The translations under genes were made by a program, and so were the position numbers. The notes beneath the pieces are model-generated. The model was given only the letters and a program-made list of their open reading frames with translations. It had not been told where the DNA came from and did no database searches. 64,000 nt of DNA from Macrostomum lignano (lineage: Eukaryota): positions 11,756 to 75,755 of the forward strand of contig NIVC01003813.1 of the NCBI GenBank assembly GCA_002269645.1, read 5' to 3'. Below, in pieces: positions 38,430-51,174 of the stretch (positions are counted from its first letter, which is position 1; the number at the start of each line of letters is the position of its first letter).

Positions 38430-38780
38430 TACTACTTTAGTTACTAAAAATTCTAAGAAAAGATAAGGGGAAATAGAGAAAGGAACAAAGGAAGAGAGGA
38501 AAGAAAAGAGAAGAAATGGGGAGAGTATAGAGAGGGTAGAGATGAGAGAAAAGAGAGAGCAGACAGGGATAAAAGCAAAGAAAAAGGAGAAAGAAGAGGA
38601 GGGGAAGAAAAAAGATATTAGAAAAGAAGAACAAGGGAAAGAAGAAAGAAAAGGAAGGAAAGGGGAGAAAGGAAAAGGGGAAAGAAGAGAAAGGGGAAAG
38701 GGAGTAAAAAAGTAAAAGAGAGGAAAGAAAGAAGAAAATAATAGAAGAGAGATTGAGAGAAACATGAAAAAGAAGAAAAA
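38430..38780. repeat. A/G-rich low-complexity tract
   Basis: Directly visible polypurine run. Confidence 0.85.
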
Positions 38781-38848
38781 TAGGCAAAACTATATCCAAG
38801 TTGATAGGCATTAAATGCATTTTACACTGAGCTATCTATAGGACTATT

Positions 38849-39113
38849 CATACATGTGCAACCCCCTCATTTACACTGGCTTTGCAACTTACTTTTTGAC
38901 CAAAAAAGTGACTTATCTATAAAAAAACCTAAAGAAAAATTAACATATTTTTGGGTAAAAGGCAGGAGTAACCTGGACTATATTTTTAAGGGTAAGTGCC
39001 TCATCATCTAATTAGTAGTAACTATAATTTTTGGGGCACTTTTAACTTGCCTTGGCTAGGCCCCTTGCTAGCCAGCTGGATCAGCCAGGTTGGCTACATT
39101 TTGCACATGTATG
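38849..39113 (+). mobile_element. Older copy of the CATACATGCGCAAC MITE family
   Basis: Termini catacatgtgcaac / ttgcacatgtatg, with internal ggcaggagtaac and gcctcatcatctaattagtagta blocks. TSD not preserved. Confidence 0.7.
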
Positions 39114-40123
39114 ATACAATTCATAGCTACAATACCTACACTTTTATAATTATTTAGCAGCAAAAAGTCCTAATGCCCTATCTATAAATATTTTGCCAAG
39201 TGTCACTAGCTAATGGCATATTGCAACCAAAGCAAGAAAATTATAGAAAGTTATAGAATATTTATAGTTAGCATCTAGTAGGTTTATTTACACCATTCTA
39301 TCTATCAATGCTAATATTTTTATTTTTAAATGCGTACAATGATGATAAGAGAAGGAAAAGCAATGATTATATTATATTGAGCTTGTTAGTAACTTGATAG
39401 ATATATCAAATAAAAACATGATACACTTTTTTCAAGATCTTGATGAGTGAGATCTTGTCCAACTAATAATTTTTAATAAAAAATTGTTCATTTTTATATA
39501 TTAGCTATAGTCTAGATCATGACAGGCATATACCAGAATAAAAACTAGTTTTTTAAATTATATGCAATGTAAATTAAAAAATTCTTATATCAAGCATAAA
39601 GTTGCTAATATGCAAAATTTTTATAGTGTATATTTAAAAAAATGAGTTATTATTAAACTTAAAAGTGTTTTTTCTTTGCTAGAACCTAGTATTTTGTTTT
39701 AGTTCTGTTTTCCTTATAAGTGCATTATTATTTTTTGTTTTTGTTTTTACGTATTTTAAGAAAATCTATTTTATATATATATATCAACCTATCTTTAGAA
39801 GATTTAGTGCATACCAGAATTTTCTAGTATGTATTTGAAAATGTCAATATAGACAATGTGCGTTAAGATATCAACATGCATGGTATGCAACTGAAAGAAA
39901 ATATGTTGTTAGCATAAAAGTTGTTACCATGCATAACTACCATACAATGTGCATATGGCATGCTAGTGTGGGGTATATAATGGATAGATATTAAAGTTAT
40001 TAGCCGCAAATGTTTTTATGATTAGAGGATAAATTAGAAGAGTAGTAGTTTTAGAGGTATTAACTAGGATAAATATATTAAAGATATCAATAGTTAGTTA
40101 ATAGGTATATATAGGTATATATA

Positions 40124-41269
40124 CAGGGTGGATCCATTGAAATGTCACACTTTAGTACTGAGTATATTTTTACTTGATTTTAGACAAGAAAAAATTGCAG
40201 ATTAAAATGAATTTGGTAAATGATCAACACCTTGTCAGGAACAGATTTACTCAATGTAACTGCCATCTGCTTCTACAACTTTCTCCAGCTGAGCTCAAAA
40301 TCTACCAACAGCTTTTTGCACTTTAGCTAATGGGATTTTATCCCATGCTTTTGAGATAGAGGTGCACAACCACTCAAGATTGTGGTGAGATATGTGACAG
40401 GCCTTGCGCTCAACTTGTGCCTAGAAATAATAGTCCAGTGGATTAAGATCTGGCAACAAAGGTGGCCAGAAGTCCTTTGGCCAATAATTTGCAAAATTCT
40501 CTGACAGGAAGTTCTGCATGGTTGTCGCAGTATGTGCAAGTGCACCATATTGCTAGAACACATATTGGCAACTTGGATAGTGCTGATTTAGCCATGGCAG
40601 CACTTTGTTTTATAGTAGCTCCTCATAGCCAATAGCATTGAGCTGAGCACTAGGGTCAATGAAGATTGGGGGGGGCACTTTTGTCCATCAGAGCTGATGA
40701 CACCTAGCACTATGATAGAAGCTGGATTTTTTATGCGCTGCACCATACAAGCATTGTCTGGGACATCCTTTACATAGCCAGGTACCAAGTATTGGTCATT
40801 TCTTCTATTGGCAGCTGCATTGACAGAAATTTTTTTTCATCTAAGAAGATGTGAACCAGATATGAATGCAACTTTAGCCAGCTAAGCAGTTGCTTGGCTT
40901 GCATCTTTCTAGTAAACTTCTGGGCTTCTGACAAGAAATGCCAACAAACTACTGCTCTGTTCTTCACTCTAACATCATCCTTGAGCAGCTGTTTCATTGT
41001 CTTGTGTGCCATTCCAAAGTCCCAAGCCAGCTGTCTAATACTTTGTCTTGAGTTCCTATGGATGTGCATTTTGACAGCTTTGATGACATTCTTAGTGCGA
41101 GTAGTATGGCTGTACCCACCTCTATGACATACCTTAATACTACCAATTGCCACAAAAAGTCACTTGGTTCAATAAACTTGGTTCTTCAAAATTCTAAGAT
41201 GTCAAGCAATTGATGTAAGAGGCTCTCCCGCTTGAAATTTTTTTAATGATCTTTTAACCAATCTCCTTG
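40124..41269 (-). mobile_element. Decayed Tc1/mariner-superfamily (mariner/maT-like) transposon with fragmented transposase
   Basis: Minus-strand fragments SIRQLAWDFGMAHKTMKQLLKDD (HTH), IFLDEKKF, PASIIVLGVISSDG and WPKDFWPPLLPDLNPLDY, across stops and frameshifts. TA|cagggtg terminus at 40122-40130; the opposite terminus is degenerate. Confidence 0.8.
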
Positions 41270-41732
41270 TATGCAGACATAGTATAGTTAGATTACTGTA
41301 AAACTTTGCACAGAGGTCACACATAGATATGAGAGCAAAATCCTATGCGCTTGGCTTTAAATGCCCAAAACCAAAAAACAAAAACAAAAAATGAAAGTAT
41401 GAAATTTCAATAGATCTATCCTATAGGCTATATTGTTAGTTTTTTTGAAAATTATCTTGTTTGAAAATTAAGCAAGGGATAGGCCTACACACTCCATAAC
41501 ACTAGCTAAAGTTATTTTGCTAGAATGCCTAAACAATGTGGAAGTAGGCCTAACTTTGGCATTCTTTCATTTTACGATCACCTAGCATTGTCCTTATGGG
41601 AGTTGGGACTTGCTATACAATCTTCCCGGAGGACAGAAAATTGCTCTTAAAATCGAACTTCAAAATTGGACCACTTCTAAGTGTGTCATTTTAACATAAA
41701 ATCTTGTGTCCTATAGAAGTTAAAAGCCTGTC

Positions 41733-42418
41733 TTTATATTCACTTTCATTATACGATCATTTAAATAGTGACTTTATATGCAGATGATTGCAAGATAAAA
41801 CCGAAAGAAAGAGCTTATAGATTTTGACTTACAATCACACCAATAGTAAAATTGTATTGGAGGGATTGTATGATGAAATGGTAGGAAATTGTTGCTATAA
41901 TAGGCCCTAGACATTTCAACCAAACAATAAATTGCAGCCTCTAATATATCCGCGAACCAAAAGTCACCTAGCTCTTTTTACATGGCTCTTTTTGCACGGC
42001 CTTTTCAGGTGCTACTGCCACCCCATGCCCTTCCTCACTTTTGTCATATGATCACCCCTTGGTATAACACATAGGTCCAATGAACTGGGAGGATCGTATG
42101 ACAAAAGTGAGGGGGGGGATAGCACTTGTAAATCTTATAATGAATACAATTTCATTCTTGAACCCTGTAGATCATTAAGTTGATGGAGATCAATGTAGCA
42201 GTTTGTATCTGAAGCTGCCATGAACTGGTGCAACTTTGCCAGGGATGTAATGTGTAAGTAATCCATTCACTTTTGTCATAGGGCCTACAATCCCTCTAAT
42301 ACAATTCTATCAATGTGGTGATTGTAATTCAAAACCTACAAGCTCTTTTGGTTTCATCTTGCGATCATCTACATATAACTTCACCATTTAAATAATCGTA
42401 TGATGAAAGTGAATATAA
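41733..42418. mobile_element. Element with ~135-bp inverted repeats; possible Merlin-like transposase remnant inside
   Basis: 41733-41870 is the approximate reverse complement of 42286-42418. The internal + strand fragment AAMNWCNFARDVM (~42215-42255) recalls the DWxNFCRxVC segment of Merlin/IS1016-like transposases. The family call is tentative. Confidence 0.55.
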
Positions 42419-42507
42419 GCTTTGTGCTTTCATAACTAATGCTACACCCACAATCCTCAAGTTGACTGGCAGTGATGAATTAGGTTGACTGGAAAGTGAG
42501 TTGCAAT

Positions 42508-44852
42508 CATACATGCGCAACTTCTGAAATTACGCTGGCCGTGCGACTTAGTTTTCGATCAAAAATGCGACTTACCTATGTAAGAAAGCTAAACAAAGAA
42601 TTGTGGGTAAACGGCAGGAGTAACTTTGACCATATTTTAAGGGCTAAATGCCTCGCCAGCTAATTAGTGCAGATTTTGCGGTTTTTATTACAGCTAATCA
42701 GTATATCATAGTGGCGGCCTGAGGCAATTAGTAATGATGACAATGAGTAAAGACATGTAATGACAAAAGTCATGATTCATGAATGTCTAGAAGTAAGTGA
42801 AGTGAATACAGTGTGGCCTATAGCTCAAGAATAATTTCACTTGCTAGACGATTTAGCATGGAAGATGAGAGCCCTGATTCAGATGGCTCATCAGATGCAG
42901 AATACAAATCCAGTAGAGATACAAGCTGTGAAAACCCACAGATTTTGAAACCACTGAATTCCAATTCCCGGAACTATTTTGCATAGATTCTTAAAGTTGA
43001 AGTCATGCTCAAACAAAAACTTGTTAACAGTTAGGAAAAAGGCAAACAAGGATGGGAATAAATGCATGTTAAATTAAGATTTGAGGCCTTTGCAAATTCT
43101 CTCCTTTCCTCAATCTTCTCATCCTCTTTTTCTTTTCTCTCTCATCCCTCATCCCTTCTCTCTTTCCTCTCCTCTCTTTCTTCCTCTCTTATCTCTTCTG
43201 TCTCCTGTCTACATTCTTATCTCTCCTCTCGTCTCTCTCCACTTCACTCTACTCTCTCATCTTATCTCTCCTCTCGTCTCTCTCCACTCAACTCTCTCAT
43301 CTCATCTCTCCTCTCTTCTCTACTCTCTTATCTCTCCTCTCTTCACTCTCCTCTTATCTCCTCCTTATCCTCTCTTCTCTCGTCTACTCTCTTATCTCCT
43401 TTCTTCTCTCCTCTTTCCTCTTTCCTCTCTTTTCTGATCTCATCCATCATCATATCTTTCCTCTTTCCTCTCATCTCTCTCATCTCTCTCCTCCCTCAGC
43501 TTTTCTCTCATCTATCTTTTCTCCCATTGCATCGCTCGCCTCTCCTCTGTTTGCTTATCTCCAATCTTCTATTCCCTCTACTTTGAAGTAAGAAAATATG
43601 CACACATTTTTGCTGAAGATAAGAGGAGAGAAGAGGGCATTGAGGAGAAAGGGTAGAGAGAAAAGGGGAGAAAGGAGAGGGGAGAAGAGAGGAGAGTAAA
43701 AAGGAAAGGAGAGAGAAGAGGGAAAAGGGGGAGAGAGATAAGAGGGGAGGCAAGGTAGAGAAGAAGAGAGAGATGAGAGTTGAAGAGACACCAACCTTGC
43801 TAGTTAGAAAGTTTCAAAGAACCCGAGGGGCGAGGGCCAGATAGAGGGGCTTCGCGAGCTGGACTTTGCTGACCCCTGCTCCGGAGTTAAAGAAATCAAT
43901 GGGAAACTGTTGACATAGGCTGCTGATTTCAAAGATCTTGTCTGTGGTTGAAGGCTTCTATTCTGTTTTTTTGCTCCCCTGCCACACTTGCACCTACTAC
44001 CCTTGATCGCCTCTGATTGCGACTTACTTCCCTCTTATTGCGACTTAGTTGCTCCTTTTGCGACTTACCTAATCTTTTTGCGACTTACCTAATCCTTTTT
44101 GCGACTTACCTAACCCTTTTGCGACTTACCTAACCCTTTTGCGACTTACCTAATCCTTTTTGCGACTTACCTAATCCTTTTTGCGACTTACCTAACCCTT
44201 TTGCGACTTACCTAACCCTTTTGCGACTTACCTAATCCTTTTTGCGACTTACCTAATCCTTTTTGCGACTTACCTAACCCTTTTGCGACTTACCTAACCC
44301 TTTTGCGACTTACCTAACCCTTTTGCGACTTACCTAATCCTTTTGCGACTTACCTAACCCTTTTGCGACTTACCTAATCCTTTTTGCGACTTATCTAATC
44401 CTTTTGCGACTTACCTAATCCTTTTTGCGACTTAGTTGCTCCTTTTGCGTCTTACCTAATCTTTTTGCGACTTACCTAATCCTTTTGCGACTTACCTAAT
44501 CCTTTTTGTGACTTACCTAATCTTTTTGCGACTTGACCTAATCCTTTTTGCGACTTAGTTGCTCCTTTTGCGACTTACCTAATCCTTTTGCGACTTACCT
44601 AATCCTTTTTGCGACTTACCTAACCCTTTTGCGACTTACCTAATCCTTTTGCGACTTACCTAATCATTTGTGCAACTTAATTTGCTTCTGCTGCAACTTG
44701 TTTTTCTTTTGCTTCACCATTTTACTTCCCTATATTGCTCTTTCCTCTTGCATTTTTTCATTTTTGGTCAACTCAATTTTGCGACTTACCCTGGTCCACC
44801 ACAATTTACGGTGGCCAGATCGGCCAGCTCGGCCAGCAGTTGCGCATGTATG
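42508..44852 (+). mobile_element. 2.3-kb non-autonomous hAT-type element (CATACATGCGCAAC family) carrying cargo and an internal minisatellite
   Basis: Perfect 14-bp TIRs catacatgcgcaac / gttgcgcatgtatg. Exact 8-bp TSD gttgcaat at 42500-42507 and 44853-44860. Confidence 0.9.
44030..44790. repeat. 21-22-bp minisatellite (tttttgcgacttacctaatcc) inside the hAT element
   Basis: Directly visible, ~30 copies. Confidence 0.95.
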
Positions 44853-45742
44853 GTTGCAATGATTTTGTTCTTGGAAAATAAATGTGAAATGTACTTTTTT
44901 TGACAAACTAGAGTGTCTTTTCGACTCTTTTTTAATGGGGATCGTAAGACGAAACTTGACCTGCTCAGGGATTGTAAAACGTAAGAATGCTGTAACTTTT
45001 CCAGTCTCAGACAAATAACGAGAACCTTTATTAGATATACATTTTCATTCAGTTTTTAACATATACGCCTATTAGTATTAAACAATCAAATGTTTAATAG
45101 CCTGCCTAATAGTAACTTTGGCTTTGTAGTACACTTTGGCTCAAGATTTCTTTGGGACTAGACAAAACACAAAATAAAGTATGAACAGACGTCATAAGCG
45201 ACATGGTCTAAGTAATATCTATTAATAGCCACTCTCCCTAGCCCCAGATGTATCAGAAATAAACTAACGAATAAACCGACCGAAAAGACAAAACAATCAT
45301 GAGCACGGCATCAACAAACAACAAACAACGGCGTAATCACACTTACAAACAAGTTATGTTTTTTCTAGTAAAGTGTTTAAGTTAAAAGTTATAAAATTAA
45401 AAAATTTATATTATAAAAGTATTCTATGAATTTTTTATACTTATAGTTAGTCATCATCCTAAGATTCTTTAAAATAATGCTCGAAAGAGCCGATGAAGTT
45501 AGAAAAATTTGTTAAGTATTACATGACAATTTTTATTTCGTTTTCAATTTGTTGCCTCCTTCTCACTCGTTATAAAGCAACGTTGTTAAGCGCTTCACTA
45601 GCTCACTTAGGGTTTAACGTATTAATTGTGAAGTATCGTTGCTCTATTATTTGCACTAAATTCTAAACTAGATTGCTTTGGCCTACATTAAGTTGATAAC
45701 TTACTACGCTTTTGAGTCATTAGTGCTGCCATATTTACTAAA

Positions 45743-48700
45743 ATGTTGGTTACCTGCAGAACTCTTGCTGGTCAGAAGTTCACAGTTGAAGCTAACAGCT
45801 CAGATACAGTAAGTTCTTTTTTATCAAACTTTTAAAATACAAATACAAGTAAACAAAAAAGACAATGTCAATGATAAATCCTTTTTAAAAATATTCTTTT
45901 TACTTAAAGATATGCCATATTGACTACCTATTTAAGCCAGGGACTCCAATGAGATTTTGAAAGCAAAAAAAAATCAAAAAAGTAAAATAAAATATGATAG
46001 AGCTTGATTTTATGGGTTAAAAGACACTTCACTTTTAAAATTTAGCCTAGAATTAAAAAAGTTATGCAACTTTTTGTGTATATATTGTTATTAGTTTTGT
46101 AATGCAAATTTGCCATAAAGGCTTGTGACCTTTTTTTACAAAAAAATGAAAAGAAACTCAATTTCCAGTTTCAACTAAAATCATGTATAGTTAGATAAAT
46201 ATAACTTTGCAATTATTCAACCAAGCAATTAATGTGATATATTGTTAGAAAGTATTTTTCCTATAGAATATTTCTTTCTATACCACTTATTTCTATTTTT
46301 AGTTATCTAGGTTTAGTAAAGCAATAAAGGTTATTTTAAGCTAGAAAAATACAATTTAAGCATTTTTTCATTCGGTCACATTTCTATTCATCTTATTAAA
46401 GTCTATATCTATATTGACTAAATAATACTTATTAGAATTTAATTAAATTACTAAAATTAGGCTGACTAAGGTTAATAATAATAGTTTTTCAAATGTTGCA
46501 AGTTTGTTTGCCACTCTTTTGGCAACAAAAATATAGTAGAGTCATTTTAACTATCAGAAATATTAAATATATAATTAGTGCTATAAATAGGTTTAGACTT
46601 AAAAGATGATTATACCATAGTCAGGTAGGTGGCCTTTGCCATGGAAAATTCCAGCACACACAAAGGGTCCTTGGCGCACTTGGCGTACAATCATGGTGCA
46701 CACTGAGTTCCCTGGCACATGCGGCACACAATCATGGTGCACAGTGAGGTCCCTAGCGCATGCGGCGCATAATTGCGATGCATGTGGCGCATAAGGTCCC
46801 TGACATATGTGGTGCTATGCACAACTTTGGTGCATAAGGAATCAGAATAGAATCTTTATTAGCATAATACTGGCATAGCATATCAAGTCTGCATGAATTT
46901 TAAGAATTTTGTAAATTTATTATAAAATATATAATTTATGTAATATATAAATTATATAAATTATATAAAATATATAAATTAAAGGCACAGACAGTCCATA
47001 TTGCCGAAGGTGTAGCATACGCCGGAAAATTCCGGCGTATAAAAGGATTAGCTGGCGTACAACTGGCGTACAAAAGGTCTAGCTGGCATATAACTGGCGT
47101 ACAAAAAATCTAGCTGGCGTACAAATGGTATAACTGGCATACAAGCAGGAAATACAACTTTGCAAGCGTAATACTTGGCATTGCATACAAGGCATTGAAG
47201 TCCGAAAAAAACCATTTCGTAAAATACAATACAATAAACAATCCATATGTGTTGCTGTTTATTTTAAAATTTGACAATAAATTGGTTAAATTTGATAATA
47301 TATTGAAAAAATGTTTTACCATTAGTAGTTAAATTGTTTTGAATCAATAATTTGCTTACATTGTGTTTTACTATACCCGTCAATGCTATTTTTTTCAAAT
47401 GAGATGGCCGAACTTTTTTATCTGTGCATTACAGCATTACTATTGTCTATATGCGAATATTGCGCTGCTTGTTCACACAATTTAATTATATTTTGCTTTT
47501 TCAAATTTCTTTGCTTTTGCTTTTACAATATTGCTGTGGCTGTGCCTGTAACACGTAATCATATCATTTAGTTTAGTTTAGTGCTTCGTTTATGGATGAC
47601 ATGCACAGTTTTAGAAGGCCTGTGGAATACTGGCGTACACATTATTGGTACACCTTTACTAGCATATTTTACTGGCGTACACTTTATCAGCTAGCCAAAT
47701 ACTTTCCAGCGTACACAAAACACGATCCGCAATATGGCAGACAGTGCACAAATGGCGCATAGATGGCGCATAGACAATGCACAGATTGTCCCAAAAAAAT
47801 TATTCTGGTGCACACTGTGCCACCTTCCTGACTATGGTGATGATATAATGATAAAAAAATGAACCTAATTAATAATAGTGCAAATAACAATTAATATTCA
47901 AGTATTTTATTTATAATTATAACTATAAAAGTCAAGTGTTTCTAAAAATAATATAAAATAATTTCCCCATTTTTCTTAAACAAACAATAGTATTTTTATA
48001 TTTTTAATAGCCAAACAATTTTTGTTATTTCAGAGTACTTATAGGCATGGCAGCCATGTCTATAATATTTGAGCTTATAGACACAGCTATTATCATCAAT
48101 ATAAAATGCATGTTCTGTAGGGCTCTCTTATAAGCAAATGGTGGCTTAGTAGATATGTCAATTGCCTTGTGATTGCATATAGAAAGGTTTGAATCCTAAG
48201 AGATATGTTTTTTTAATTTAATTTTTTAGTGAACAGAAGTTTTTCTATCTTGAGCTTTTTAAGTTTTGTTAATTAAAATAAAATAATAAATTAAGTTAAA
48301 TTTTTTAATAAGAGTAATTCACTAAATCCTAAAGTGCGGCTGCAATTATATATGTAGTTATATCTATAAGTATTCAAACTTACAGATTATCAAATGTAAG
48401 TATAAAATTGAATAACATTGATAGGCTTTAAGTTTGATTCCTGATATTTTTTCAAGTTTGAATTGGTGCCACAACATGGTGGGCTCTTATTGCTAATACT
48501 ATTGTACTATTAGATTCTACTATACTATTATTAACACAATAACATAGAGGCACCACAAAACAATTTTGCTATCCTATGGTGTCAATTTTAAAACTTTACT
48601 GAGTTTTTAGAGGCCAATTTAGTGTCACAAAAATAGGATGCAATACTTAGGAATCAGGTGTAAAATCATGATCCCATGCATACATGCGCAACCTCCGAAA

Positions 48701-51174
48701 TTCCGTCGGCCATGCGACTTAGTTTTAACAAAAATGCGACGTAGTTTTTGGCCAAAAATGCGACTTACATGTAAAAAAACCCTAAAGCAAAATTAAAGCA
48801 ACTTTGGGTAAACAGCAGGAGTAACTATGACTGTCTTATTAAGCCAAAATGCCTCGTCAGCTACTTAGTACTACTACTTTGGTTTTTTTCGGGTGGGCAT
48901 TTTTGCGACTTCCTTGGTTGGCCGCCAAATCGGTCGACCGACTCGGCCGACTGTTGCGCATGTATGATCCCATGGCTCTTTTATGTAGAAAAAACAAAAT
49001 TACAGAGTTAAGCTACTCATAATAGTAAATAAATTAAGTGGTGAAAGTCTTCTGCAATTAATATTAAAGGTAAAGAATTTTTTCAACCCTTAACCAATCA
49101 GGTCAAAGCTCTCAAGGAACTGATTGCTAAGTCGCAGGGCGATGCATTTCCAACTGAGTATCAACGCCTAATCTATTCTGGCAAAGTTATGTCCGACGAT
49201 GACACGTTGGAAAAGTATGGCGTCACTGAGACGGGCTTTATTGTTGTCATGGCAACTAAGCCAAAGCCTGCGCCAGCCGCGGCTGAACCTGCTCCGGCTG
49301 CTGAGACGCCTGCTGCAGGAGCAGCTCCAGTTGGAGACTCTGCTGAAACAGGAGAGCCTACTGCTCCAGCTGCCGCTCCCAGTACTACTACTACTAGTGT
49401 AAGTTTGTCTTGTAGTTTTCTCTCATGTTAGCAGGCTTAATTCCTAGACAGATTTCTTGAGCTTCTCGTCCCCTTCAGTCGACCCACCCCTTCCTTCAGT
49501 TGATCCTCCCCTTTCTTTCAGTTGATCCTTCACTTCCTTCAGTGATCCTCCCCTTCCTTCAGTTGATCCTCCCCTTCCTTCATTGATCCTCCCCTTCCTT
49601 CAGTTGATCCTCCCCTTCCTTCAGTTGATCCCTCACTTCCTTCAGTGATCCTCCCCTTCCTTCAGTTGATCCTCCCCTTTCTTTCAGTTGATCCCTCACT
49701 TCCTTCAGTGATCCTCCCCTTCCTTCAGTGATCCTCCCCTTCCTTCAGTGATCCTCCCCTTCCTTCAGTGATCCTCCCCTTCCTTCAGTGATCCTCCCCT
49801 TCCTTCATTGATCCTCCTCTTCTTTCAGTTGATCCTCCCCTTCCTTCAGTTGTTTCTTCCCTCCCCTTCTGTCTAAATTAATTTATATTGCTTCCAGTCG
49901 GACGTGAAACCACCCGAGCGTGAGAACACCCTTGTCCACGGCGAAGAATACGAGCAGGCCGTTGCCAACCTAGTCAACATGGGTTTCCCGCGCGAACGCG
50001 TTGTGGCCGCTATGGGAGCCAGCTATAATAATCCAGACCGAGCTGCCGAGTATCTTCTGTCTGGGAATATTCCCGCCGCTCCAGAAGGCGGCGGCGGCGG
50101 CGGCGGCGAAGCAGATGACGACGACGAGGAAGGGGGCAGCGAAGGCGGCAGCGGAGGAGGTAGCGGCGGCGGAGGCGGTGGTGGCGGCAGCAGCAGCTTT
50201 GTTGAGCAGCTTCGACAGTGGCCGCAATTCCAGATGCTAAGACGGGTAGTAGCCCAGGTGAGGCAATGATGGACGCTAATTAGTGTGGTTTATAGCCCAG
50301 GTGAGGCAATGATGGACGCTAATTAGTGTGGTTTATAGCCCAGGTGAGGCAATGATGGACGCTAATTAGTGTGGTTTATAGCCCAGGTGAGGCAATGATG
50401 GACGCTAATTAGTGTGGTTTATAGCTCAGGTGAGGCAATGATGGACGCTAATTAGTGTGGTTTATAGCTCAGGTGAGGCAATGATGGACGCTAATTAGTG
50501 TGGTTTATAGCTCAGGTGAGGCAATGATGGACGCTAATTAGTGTGGTTTATAGCTCAGGTGAGGCAATGATGGACGCTAATTAGTGTGGTTTATAGCTCA
50601 GGTGAGGCAATGATGGACGCTAATTAGTGTGGTTTATAGCCCACGTGAAGCAATTACGGACGCAAATTAGTGTGGTTTATAGCCCACGTGAGGCAATGAT
50701 AGACGCAAATTAGTGTTGTTTATAGCCCAGGTGAGGCAATGATGGACGCTAATTGGACTGTAATATAGGCGATGCTCTAGTTCGCAAATTTGCATAAACT
50801 AGCACAACTGCACAATGCCTCAACAGGACCAATCGTTGCTTCCAACCTTGCTTCAACAAATTGGTCAAAGCAATCCGCAGCTGCTGCAGGAGATCCAAGC
50901 TAATCAGGAGGAATTTTTGCGATTTTTGAACGAATCGCCGGACGAAAGCGAACCGGCCGTTGGCGGCCAACAGGGCGGAGGCGGCGGTGGAGGCCAGCAG
51001 CAGCCCAGACAGACTTTGCTGCGCGTCACACCTGAGGAGCGGGCGGCAATCGATCGGCTAAAAGACCTCGGCTTCCCCGAGCACATGGTTATCGAGGCGT
51101 ACTTTGCCTGCGATAAAAACGAGGACGCGGCCGCGAATTTCTTGCTAAACGAGTGCTTCGAAGAGGAAAGCTAA
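45743..51174 (+). CDS. RAD23: UV excision repair protein RAD23 (UBL-UBA1-XPC-binding-UBA2), 4 exons, ~356 aa
   Basis: Exons 45743-45808, 49102-49398, 49898-50257 and 50827-51174, all GT-AG and phase 0. Motifs [54 protein letters not shown] and [26 protein letters not shown]. Confidence 0.96.
48679..48966 (+). mobile_element. 288-bp intact hAT-type MITE in RAD23 intron 1
   Basis: TIRs catacatgcgcaac / gttgcgcatgtatg. Exact 8-bp TSD atcccatg at 48671-48678 and 48967-48974. Confidence 0.93.
49480..49855 (+). repeat. 20-21-bp pyrimidine-rich minisatellite in RAD23 intron 2 (ttgatcctccccttccttcag)
   Basis: Directly visible, ~17 copies. Confidence 0.95.
50251..50755 (+). repeat. 43-bp minisatellite in RAD23 intron 3 spanning the exon-intron junction
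   Basis: Unit gtgaggcaatgatggacgctaattagtgtggtttatagcccag. Eleven full units run from 50258, plus a partial unit at 50731. Confidence 0.97.
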
